Shown: positions 1 through 5,725 of the stretch, one piece after another | Layout: every line of letters starts with the position of its first letter | How positions within the stretch are numbered: the first letter of the stretch is position 1 | Assembly: GCF_001598795.1 (NCBI RefSeq) | Contig: NZ_BCZP01000045.1 | Span: 1 to 21,459, forward strand | DNA: 21,459 bases | From: Delftia acidovorans NBRC 14950 | Lineage (GTDB): Bacteria > Pseudomonadota > Gammaproteobacteria > Burkholderiales > Burkholderiaceae_C | Reading direction: 5' to 3' | Made by a program: the position numbers and the translations under genes | The notes under the pieces: model-generated | Seen by the model: only the letters and a program-made list of their open reading frames with translations | Told to the model about the DNA's origin: nothing | Databases searched by the model: none

Positions 1-1099
1 ACAGCGTGATGGTGCAATTGGCCAGCGGCGCCAGCGAAGAGGTGCAGGTGGTGGAAGACTGGGTGATGCCACTGCCAGCCGGGATGGAGGCCTTCACATC
101 GAGCGCAGGTGCCGTGCCGCTGTTGGTGACGCTTACCAAGGCGGCGCTTCCGGCGTTGAAAGAAAGGGGGGTAGCAGGGACGTTCAGCGTGGTCGGCGTG
201 ACGGAGCTGGCGACGGTGACCTGGGTGGACGTAGCTGAGGCGTTGCTGCCTGCGATACCGACAGCGGTCGGTCCTTCCGCTGCGGAGGCGGCCAGGATGA
301 TGGAGCAGCTGGAGCCTGCTGGCAGCGATGCCGCGCAGCTGTTGGAAGACACCGTGATGCCGCTGCCTGCGGGCACGGTGGCCCGCACATTGATCGCTGG
401 TGATGCGCCGCTGTTGGTGATGGTCAGCGTGCCTGTGCTGCCTGCAACGAACGAGAGGCCGGGACCTGGAACGCTGAGGGTGGTCGGGGTGGCTGCCGCG
501 GTGGCCTCGTCAGCCTTGGTGCGGCAAATGGTCTCCACGTTCACGCGGCACACGCCATTGGGGGCAATGGTGTCTCCCACCGCGCAAAGGGGTGGAGGCG
601 ACGCGGGCGGGACGCCGGGTGGCACGAGCTGGGTGAAGCCTGCAGGAAAGCACTGGTTCAGGTTCGGAGGCTGGATAGCCGTGATCCTGAGAGCCACGCC
701 GGAGCTGTTCGTGAAATCCTCTGCGGAGAAGCCGTCGATCTGTCCGCCATTGACAATCTGCGCCACGATCAATGTGCGTGTTTCCCCCGACGGATTTGTG
801 AAGCTGGCGGCCAGCTGCGCCCGCAGATCAGGGCTGTGCCAGAGACCGGCACACACGATGGCACTGGCCCACAGGGCCATGAAAAAAGCCCTGTGCTGGC
901 GGTTGCGCAATGTCAACCAAGCCGCCAGGGCCAGGCCCACAGCCAGGGCCAGCAGGCTCCAGGGATTGTCCACCGGGATCGGCGCTGCACCAACGACGGC
1001 AGCGGGCGCGACGGTGATGCTCTGGGCATGGGCTGCCAGGGGGAGATGGGAGGCCACGGCGACAGCCGCGGCGGCAGGTGCAGCGGAGATCTGCTTCAT
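1..1099 (-). CDS. Secreted/cell-surface repeat protein, N-terminal ~366 codons only (CDS runs off the left edge)
   Basis: Absent from the ORF track because no stop is reached. The reverse-strand frame from ATG 1099..1097 is open to position 1. MKQISAAPAAAAVAVASHLPLAAHA/QS looks like a signal peptide. Residues 41-70 (IPVDNPWSLLALAVGLALAAWLTLRNRQHR) are an IPTLxxWG-like motif plus TM helix plus basic cluster. Two ~95-aa repeats (TLSVPGPGLSFVAGSTGTLTITNSGASPAINV..C..LPAGSSCSI and TLNVPATPLSFNAGSAALVSVTNSGTAPALDV..C..LAPLANCTI) resemble choice-of-anchor-D/ASH beta-sandwich domains. An AT-rich region (1100..1190) lies upstream. The + strand ORF 6..1127 is its antisense shadow. Confidence 0.8.
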   Translation of the reverse strand, partial: MKQISAAPAAAAVAVASHLPLAAHAQSITVAPAAVVGAAPIPVDNPWSLLALAVGLALAAWLTLRNRQHRAFFMALWASAIVCAGLWHSPDLRAQLAASFTNPSGETRTLIVAQIVNGGQIDGFSAEDFTNSSGVALRITAIQPPNLNQCFPAGFTQLVPPGVPPASPPPLCAVGDTIAPNGVCRVNVETICRTKADEATAAATPTTLSVPGPGLSFVAGSTGTLTITNSGASPAINVRATVPAGSGITVSSNSCAASLPAGSSCSIILAASAAEGPTAVGIAGSNASATSTQVTVASSVTPTTLNVPATPLSFNAGSAALVSVTNSGTAPALDVKASIPAGSGITQSSTTCTSSLAPLANCTITL

Positions 1100-1190
1100 G
1101 GTATGGCCAAAGTTGATGCGAAGCTGAAATGTAAATGAAGTTCCTCAAGTGATTTCTATTTGTATCTATTGATATCGCGCAATCATTACG

Positions 1191-1998
1191 TTATAGCTTC
1201 CTGGGAACGTACACCCGCGCCGTCCACCGTGAACGTGTCTCGGCCACGGCCAGGGCAGCCGCACGGCGCGGGCTCGTTGTGCACGGCACAGCAGGAGTCA
1301 TGAGCACAGTTGCCGGATGCACAGGCGCAGCCAACTGCCAGCGAGGCGGGGTGTTGCAGGGCGAACTGGCGGAATCGCCAATGTTGCGGGACAGCACGTC
1401 GAGGGCACGCTTGATGCCCTGGGCGATTTCTTCCGCACGCTTGGGAGAGTTGGCGATGGCGGCACCGACGGCCGAAATCATGGCCAGGGCCAGCTAGCTA
1501 CGGAGGGAAAGGGACTGATGCATGCGCGTGACCTGTGGTGGTTTCGATCACGGCAGGGTGGCAGGCATGGTACGGGACCGGCCCCAGCCGGACGCGTGGA
1601 CTCAGGCCGCTGCGATGCCCTCGCTAAGGATGGCAGACAACTCGTGCATCACGTCCAGCTACCGGCACAGGCGGGTCTGCTCGGCCGCCTGCGCATGGGC
1701 TCTCGACTGTCGCCTGCCGACCCGAAGCAGCCATCCAGCAGGAGGCTTCAAAGCCGCCATTTAATTTGGCTGAAACGCAAGGCCGCCCGTCGCTCGTTCA
1801 CCAGCATGGCCGGAAACCCCTCGACCTCCTGTTGCCCATGTAGCGCGGATGCCGCAAACCATGCCATTTCACAAATATGTGCACTCATTGCACATAGGCC
1901 TGATCGGTGCGCACGCTATAGTGTTTGTAACGAATCCGCTCACGGACCTGATCAAGAAATCGTGTAGCGAGCAACACAGGAGGGGCGGCGAGTTTCAT
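1191..1998 (-). pseudogene. intI: Integron integrase (IntI) remnant with nonsense, frameshift and deletion lesions
   Basis: Reverse-strand ATG 1998 gives MKLAAPPVLLATRFLDQVRERIRYKHYSVRTDQAYVQ (cf. IntI1 ..[25 protein letters not shown]). A TGA at 1887..1885 then sits exactly where IntI has the conserved Trp. It is followed by VHIFVKWHGLRHPRYMG (cf. VRAFIRFHGVRHPATLG). Similarity continues only by changing frame: QQEVEGF..LVNER (cf. SSEVEAFLSWLANER), GWLLRVGRR.., RLCR*LDVMHELSAILSEG (cf. [20 protein letters not shown]), GLSPRV (cf. GLQLRV), and AQGIKRALDVLSR (cf. AEGRSGVALPDALER). There are in-frame stops, and the segment that should carry the box-I Arg is missing. Track ORFs 1191..1481, 1317..1967 and 1885..2100 are fragments or shadows of it. 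The 3' limit is uncertain, with weak traces to ~1130. Confidence 0.7.
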
Positions 1999-2139
1999 GG
2001 CTGAATTTGATACCGTATTTTTGCAAAGAATATGCGCCGTAAAGCTATGCAGCCTCCCTTTTCGCGTTCTCTTCGTGCCAATTGAGACCACAAGCGTCAT
2101 ATATGCTTGCGGTTTTTTGCGGTCTACACTTCGTTAGCT
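1999..2139 (+). other. attI-like region ending in the cassette-insertion core GTTAGCT (2133..2139)
   Basis: This is an AT-rich non-coding stretch between the leftward intI remnant and the rightward cassette, which is the canonical integron geometry. GTTAGCT matches GTTRRRY at 6/7 positions and is the perfect reverse complement of AGCTAAC at 2943..2949. A weak candidate rightward sigma70 promoter, TTGATA-N18-TATGCG, starts at 2007 (low confidence). Confidence 0.45.
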
Positions 2140-2994
2140 TTCACAATCAAGGAGAGTGTCATGCGAAAGAATTTTTTACTTATTTCCCTCATAGCCGTAG
2201 CACTCAGTGGCTGTTCCACATGGACTATTCCAGCCACTCCTGGAGATCCCAAGTCCGCACAAAGTTATGGATATAATCCGATTGACTCGCTACCAGTTAC
2301 GGTTTCTCCGGCAAACGCTACGCGAGAACAAAAACTTGAAGCCCTTCCTGACGAGACTATGCGGTTAGCTGTTGGTCAGCTCGATGGAAAGGCTGGAATT
2401 TCGTTTGGACCAGCTAAAGCCGGGGTGGCTGGAAATAGTTATGTTGTTATTCTTGATTACACGAAATTCACAACAAAATCATTTGGGGTAAAGAAAACTG
2501 CTGTAGTGGGTAGCGACAAAATTTCCGTTGCTTTAACTACAGTGCCCGATCCGGATGTTGTGGTGCCTGTTTACGTGGGTGTCGGGCTGCGACTCACTGC
2601 CAATATAACTGTCAAAGAAGGAAGTGTTGATCTTGGAAATTTGTTTGCATTGGGGGTGGCTGCCCAAGCAAAGCAGATATCCGGCACGCTGGTTATCCAA
2701 TCCCTTGGCCTGAGCGGAGAAGGGGTTTCTCCGTTGATTCCTATTCCGAGTGAGATAAATCCAACAACAATTCAAAATGCGCTCATGGCTATCGGCTCAA
2801 TCAAAGCCAAGATATACGACGGGAAGATCACCATAGTACCCCGCGTGGTCGGGGTCTATAACAATCTCGGTGGAGGCCAAGAAACGATAAACGGCTTTAT
2901 TTCCACAATCTTGGAGAAGCCTCTGACACTTGATGCGCAATGAGCTAACAAATCGTTCCAGCGGAACGCCTTCGGCGACCGCTGAACTCCAACG
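2134..2994 (+). mobile_element. Integron gene cassette (861 bp, one ORF plus attC), bounded by G|TT crossover points
   Basis: The 5' boundary lies inside GTTAGCT (2133..2139) and the 3' boundary inside GTTGAAT (2994..3000). The cassette holds a single ORF with its own SD. Composition drops sharply: 25/60 G+C in the first 60 nt of the ORF versus 42/60 in a phage sample at 3601..3660. Circularising 2134..2994 would rebuild an R' box (G+TTAGCT) perfectly complementary to R'' (AGCTAAC). Confidence 0.6.
2161..2943 (+). CDS. Orphan lipoprotein (260 aa), cassette-encoded, function unknown
   Basis: ATG 2161 lies 5 nt downstream of AAGGAGA (2149..2155). MRKNFLLISLIAVALSG/C has a basic n-region, a hydrophobic core and a lipobox LSGC with Cys18. 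Ser at +2 means no Asp inner-membrane retention signal. The mature part has no further Cys. The track ORF start at 2107 (TTG) is unlikely. I recognise no family. Confidence 0.85.
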   Translation: MRKNFLLISLIAVALSGCSTWTIPATPGDPKSAQSYGYNPIDSLPVTVSPANATREQKLEALPDETMRLAVGQLDGKAGISFGPAKAGVAGNSYVVILDYTKFTTKSFGVKKTAVVGSDKISVALTTVPDPDVVVPVYVGVGLRLTANITVKEGSVDLGNLFALGVAAQAKQISGTLVIQSLGLSGEGVSPLIPIPSEINPTTIQNALMAIGSIKAKIYDGKITIVPRVVGVYNNLGGGQETINGFISTILEKPLTLDAQ

Positions 2995-3000
2995 TTGAAT
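2943..3000 (+). other. attC recombination site (58 bp)
   Basis: Layout: R'' AGCTAAC (2943..2949, overlapping the last base of the TGA stop), spacer AAATC, then L'' GTTCCAGCGG (2955..2964). L'' pairs with L' CCGCTGAAC (2979..2987) over 9 bp with one bulged base (C2959 on the top strand, G on the bottom strand). The terminal stem-loop is CGCC-TTC-GGCG (2967..2977), followed by spacer TCCAAC and R' GTTGAAT (2994..3000), which fits GTTRRRY. The R''/R' AAC/GTT bases pair and the central spacers do not, as expected for attC. Confidence 0.65.
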
Positions 3001-3080
3001 GTCTGCTTCTCGATCCCACCAGCGACGGCTCATGGCCGTGAGCAGTCGGCTACCGTACACGCAGCAGGAACACCCGCCGA

Positions 3081-3590
3081 TCAGCGTGAGACGTTCGGCC
3101 AAGCATCCCTCATCAGCGCGGCGTCAGCGGCGTGGCCATCAGCCGCTCGCGCGATGTCTGCACCGCGCTCTGCCAGGCGTCCACCGTGGTCTGCCAGCTC
3201 TTGGAGTACGGTTGTGCAGGTGCTGGCGTAATGAGCGAGGGCGGGCTGGGCAGCTCCAGCGATGCGCTCGGGGAGGCCGGCAAAGTCGCCCCGCATGCCT
3301 GCAGTAGCAGTGCGCAAATCGCGCAGGCTGCGGTCGAGATCCTGCTGAGCCGCGGCGTTGCGCTGGCCAGCGGCCTGGAAATTGGCGAGTGCATCGTTCA
3401 TTCCTTTCTGAAATCCGGCCATGTCGCGCACGGCCTGCTTTGTGCTAGCCAATTCGGTGCTGGTCTGTAGGTGGCGCAGCTGCTCCAGCTGCAGGCCGTA
3501 GCGCTGGCCCTGAGCCCACCAGGCACCGCCGGCACCAATCGCAAGCGACGCAGTGGCCGCAGCCAAATAAGTTGAGAGTGGGCTGATCAT
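3081..3590 (-). CDS. i-spanin (Rz-like), 169 aa
   Basis: ATG 3590 overlaps the endolysin stop (ATGA). It has an N-terminal TM helix (ISPLSTYLAAATASLAIGAGGAWWA) followed by a long Gln/Ala/Arg-rich coiled-coil-like region. It is the last gene of the lysis cassette. The track start at 3650 is an upstream extension into the endolysin. Confidence 0.75.
   Translation of the reverse strand: MISPLSTYLAAATASLAIGAGGAWWAQGQRYGLQLEQLRHLQTSTELASTKQAVRDMAGFQKGMNDALANFQAAGQRNAAAQQDLDRSLRDLRTATAGMRGDFAGLPERIAGAAQPALAHYASTCTTVLQELADHGGRLAERGADIARAADGHAADAALMRDAWPNVSR
3113..3394 (-). CDS. o-spanin (Rz1-like) lipoprotein fully embedded in the i-spanin gene in another frame
   Basis: The translation is ..RLSRISTAACAICALLLQA/CGATLPASPSASLELPSPPSLITPAPAQP.., with a lipobox LQAC followed by a short (~60 aa) Pro-rich mature peptide. 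It lies wholly inside 3081..3590 in a different frame, like lambda Rz/Rz1. The exact start codon is uncertain. Confidence 0.65.
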   Translation of the reverse strand: MHSPISRPLASATPRLSRISTAACAICALLLQACGATLPASPSASLELPSPPSLITPAPAQPYSKSWQTTVDAWQSAVQTSRERLMATPLTPR

Positions 3591-4198
3591 TGCGAAGCCC
3601 TCGCCAGCAAGCCCGGGCTGAAATGCCCATCCCTGCCCCACTGCGCGCACAGTTCGCGCGTGGCTTCGCGGCGATCAACAAGGCCCGGCAGGCGCGTCGG
3701 AACGCCGTTGACCGTCCCGTAGACCCATCGCGGCATCTGCTCGCATGCAGCATCCAGCTGCCCTGCGTTGGCCAGCCGCATGACCGTCGTGTCAGGTGCC
3801 AGCGCCGATGGCACGTTGTAGGCCACGTCGATAAAGCTGGCCTGCACCCAGACGTTGTAGCGGTCCCAGTGCCGCAGCGCGCGCCGCGCCAGGCGCTCGG
3901 CCTCGTGGTACTTGGGCCGCTCCAGGCGTTCGCAGTCCTCGGGCGTGTAGTAGCGCCCTGCCACCACCTCGGGACCCGTCACGCCCGCGCAGACGGTCAG
4001 CGGCTGCCCCTTGCCCACGCGGTCGATGTAGGGCGTGCCGATGTGCCGACCGCTGCTCTCATAATGCAGCCCGATCTCCCGGGCCAACTTCACTGCAGGG
4101 CTGGGTCCGGCGTCCTGGGTGGCAACATAGCCGCCGGCAGCGGTGACGGCCAAGCCCGCAGCAGTAGCCAGGAGTCGATTGCGTAAGGTCTCGTTCAT
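3587..4198 (-). CDS. Endolysin, GH24 (phage lysozyme) family with N-terminal SAR (signal-anchor-release) domain, 203 aa
   Basis: The N-terminus MNETLRNRLLATAAGLAVTAAGGYVA is a weakly hydrophobic Gly/Ala/Thr-rich TM helix typical of SAR endolysins. HYESSGRHIGTPYIDRVGKGQPLTVCAGVTG fits the Glu..Asp..Thr lysozyme catalytic pattern. It is ATGA-coupled at both ends (4198/4195 and 3590/3587). Confidence 0.85.
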   Translation of the reverse strand: MNETLRNRLLATAAGLAVTAAGGYVATQDAGPSPAVKLAREIGLHYESSGRHIGTPYIDRVGKGQPLTVCAGVTGPEVVAGRYYTPEDCERLERPKYHEAERLARRALRHWDRYNVWVQASFIDVAYNVPSALAPDTTVMRLANAGQLDAACEQMPRWVYGTVNGVPTRLPGLVDRREATRELCAQWGRDGHFSPGLLARASQ

Positions 4199-4497
4199 CG
4201 GCCACCTCCTCCCACCATCAGGGCCTTCCAGAACGCGATGCCAGCCGTGCCGAGCATCACGATGTAGGTGATCGGCTTGGCCGCCTTTCCGATCCAGTTG
4301 AGCACGCGGAATGCGCCCTGCGCTGCCTTGAACACCTCCACCATTTCAGCCGTGTTGGCACGAACCTTTTCCGTGGCCTCGGTGTTCGCGCGCAGCTCTG
4401 CCTCAATGCGCGTCATGCGCGCATCCCCCTCGTCCAGCCTCGCATTAATGGTCCGGGCCGTATTCGGAGTTATTGCGTTTCCATAGTCGTCCTGCAT
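4195..4497 (-). CDS. Lysis-associated membrane protein (putative atypical holin or SAR-endolysin release factor), 100 aa
   Basis: ATG 4497 follows AGGAG (overlapping the upstream TAG) by 7 nt. An N-terminal ~70-aa charged coiled-coil-like region (RLDEGDARMTRIEAELRANTEATEKVRANTAEMVEVF) is followed by a single C-terminal TM helix (ITYIVMLGTAGIAFWKALMV). Its stop overlaps the endolysin start (ATGA). Coding is likely, and the function is inferred from position only. Confidence 0.55.
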   Translation of the reverse strand: MQDDYGNAITPNTARTINARLDEGDARMTRIEAELRANTEATEKVRANTAEMVEVFKAAQGAFRVLNWIGKAAKPITYIVMLGTAGIAFWKALMVGGGGR

Positions 4498-4505
4498 GAG
4501 CACTC

Positions 4506-5018
4506 CTAAAGCGTTACCGCCAAAACAAAGGCCTCGTCCAGGGATTCCGACGTGCCACCCAACTGCGCCCACAGTCCAGCGAGAAACGGGTTGCTGCGCT
4601 CCCAGGTGTCAGCCTCGTACTCGATTTCGGCCTCACGCATTTGCACGGGGTCCGTGATCGCGGCAATGGCCGCCTCGGCTTCATCGAGCAGCCCGAATGC
4701 AAGGAGCGCAAGACGCCCCTGGCGGCGCGTACAGGACCTCGGGATCAAAGCGGCGGCAGCCTCATCACGTAGACGCTGCAGCTCGGCCAACTCCTCGTCG
4801 GACAGAGGTACTACAGACCACTGCTGCCGCCAAACGCCGTCGATTTCCACGGGATCGATCTCGGCGGGCTTATGCGTGTCCGCGTCGTATGCGGGCGTTT
4901 CCGATGGCTCAACGAGCACATAGCACTCCAGATGCTGGGCCATCATCGTCATAGGGTGCAGTTCCTGGATCTGCGCGACGCTCAGCGGGTATTGCCCGGT
5001 TTCGATATTGATATACAT
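4506..5018 (-). CDS. Tail fibre assembly/chaperone-like protein with DUF4376-like C-terminus, 170 aa
   Basis: ATG 5018 (MYINIETGQYPLS..) lies 8 nt after the upstream TGA, with GAGGA overlapping that stop. The C-terminal region RQGRLALLAFGLLDEAEAAIAAI..AEIEYEADTWERSNPFLAGLWAQLGGTSESLDEAF resembles the DUF4376 pattern seen downstream of phage fibre genes (recalled from memory). The track start at 5066 is an extension. Confidence 0.6.
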   Translation of the reverse strand: MYINIETGQYPLSVAQIQELHPMTMMAQHLECYVLVEPSETPAYDADTHKPAEIDPVEIDGVWRQQWSVVPLSDEELAELQRLRDEAAAALIPRSCTRRQGRLALLAFGLLDEAEAAIAAITDPVQMREAEIEYEADTWERSNPFLAGLWAQLGGTSESLDEAFVLAVTL

Positions 5019-5026
5019 ATTGATCC

Positions 5027-5725
5027 TCAAATGACGCGGCCGAGACGGGTGCCGGTGGCGAGCCAAGTGATATAGGCGTTGCCGTCAACGTAGTAGCCTG
5101 CGGGTTGACCGTCTCCGGGCGGTGTTGTCTCCGAGGCTGATGCTGAGCCGCCGACGCCGCCCCAACCCCCAGAAAATCCTGACTGCCCAATTGATCCTCC
5201 ACTGCCGCCCGAGCCTCCCGACGCCGCCGGAGCTGTATCGCCGGGAAATATCGCCCCTTGATACTGATAGTCCTCCCCCCGCCCGCCTGACTGAGCAGAT
5301 ATCAACGCCACACTACCGGAGGCATTGAAGCCTGCACCGTTGCCCCCGCCGCCGCCAGAAGCGCCGCCAGAAGAGCCGTGGTACTGCACCCATGCGCCGC
5401 CTCCGTAGCCACCTTGACCACCCCCGCCGAAAATGGTGCCGTTGTTGGTTACTCGGATGGGTATGCGCGTGTACAGGCCCGTGCCAGAGTTCACAACACC
5501 ACCAATTCGACCATAGTTGATAACGTGCAGCTGGTTTGCTCCAATGCCGCTGATATTCAGACTAGCGACATCCACTCCTGAATTAATCGTAACTTGAATA
5601 AGTTGCGATCCATTCCATCCCAGCGCTGTAGCAAGTGCGGCAATGTTTGGACTGCGGACATTGGCCGAGACAATGACGTTTATCTGCCGTTGCCCGCTGG
5701 CCATCAACATACTTCGTGCAAACAT
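5027..5725 (-). CDS. Glycine-rich tail-fibre-associated protein, ~232 aa
   Basis: The open frame follows the fibre gene. ATG 5725 shares one base with the fibre TGA (TGATG). Alternative starts are at 5710 and 5704. An ordered N-terminal ~100 aa (QINVIVSANVRSPNIAALATALGWNGSQLIQVTINSG..) is followed by GGGGQGGYGGG..SGGASGGGGGNGAG..SGGSGGSGGS tracts. The C-terminus is YYVDGNAYITWLATGTRLGRVI. Confidence 0.65.
   Translation of the reverse strand: MFARSMLMASGQRQINVIVSANVRSPNIAALATALGWNGSQLIQVTINSGVDVASLNISGIGANQLHVINYGRIGGVVNSGTGLYTRIPIRVTNNGTIFGGGGQGGYGGGAWVQYHGSSGGASGGGGGNGAGFNASGSVALISAQSGGRGEDYQYQGAIFPGDTAPAASGGSGGSGGSIGQSGFSGGWGGVGGSASASETTPPGDGQPAGYYVDGNAYITWLATGTRLGRVI

Noticed and set aside
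6-1127. 373-aa plus-strand ORF, the longest track ORF at the left end
   Set aside because: It is the antisense shadow of the minus-strand gene. The minus frame has a start with a signal peptide, a sorting motif and coherent domain repeats. The plus-frame product is Ala/Arg/Gly-rich with no start context. Its internal repeat simply mirrors the ~290-nt domain repeat of the real gene.
2001-2016. CTGAATTTGATACCGT as a LexA box upstream of intI
   Set aside because: The right half is CCGT rather than ACAG, so it does not fit CTGT-N8-ACAG. With intI decayed, regulation is moot anyway.
1191-2100. Track ORFs 1191..1481 (-), 1317..1967 (+), 1522..1764 (+) and 1885..2100 (-) as independent small genes
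   Set aside because: The minus-strand pieces align, in different frames, to successive parts of IntI, so they are fragments of one decayed gene. The plus-strand ones are shadows.
3003-3030. tRNA 3'-end-like string (cttctcgatcccaccagc) as a possible tRNA attachment site
   Set aside because: I could not draw a complementary T-stem, an acceptor stem or a full cloverleaf on either strand.
5100-5420. Gly-rich coding tract as a DNA tandem repeat or CRISPR-like array
   Set aside because: The repeats are degenerate at the nucleotide level (varied GGN/AGC codons) with no regular repeat-spacer periodicity. It is protein low complexity, not an array.
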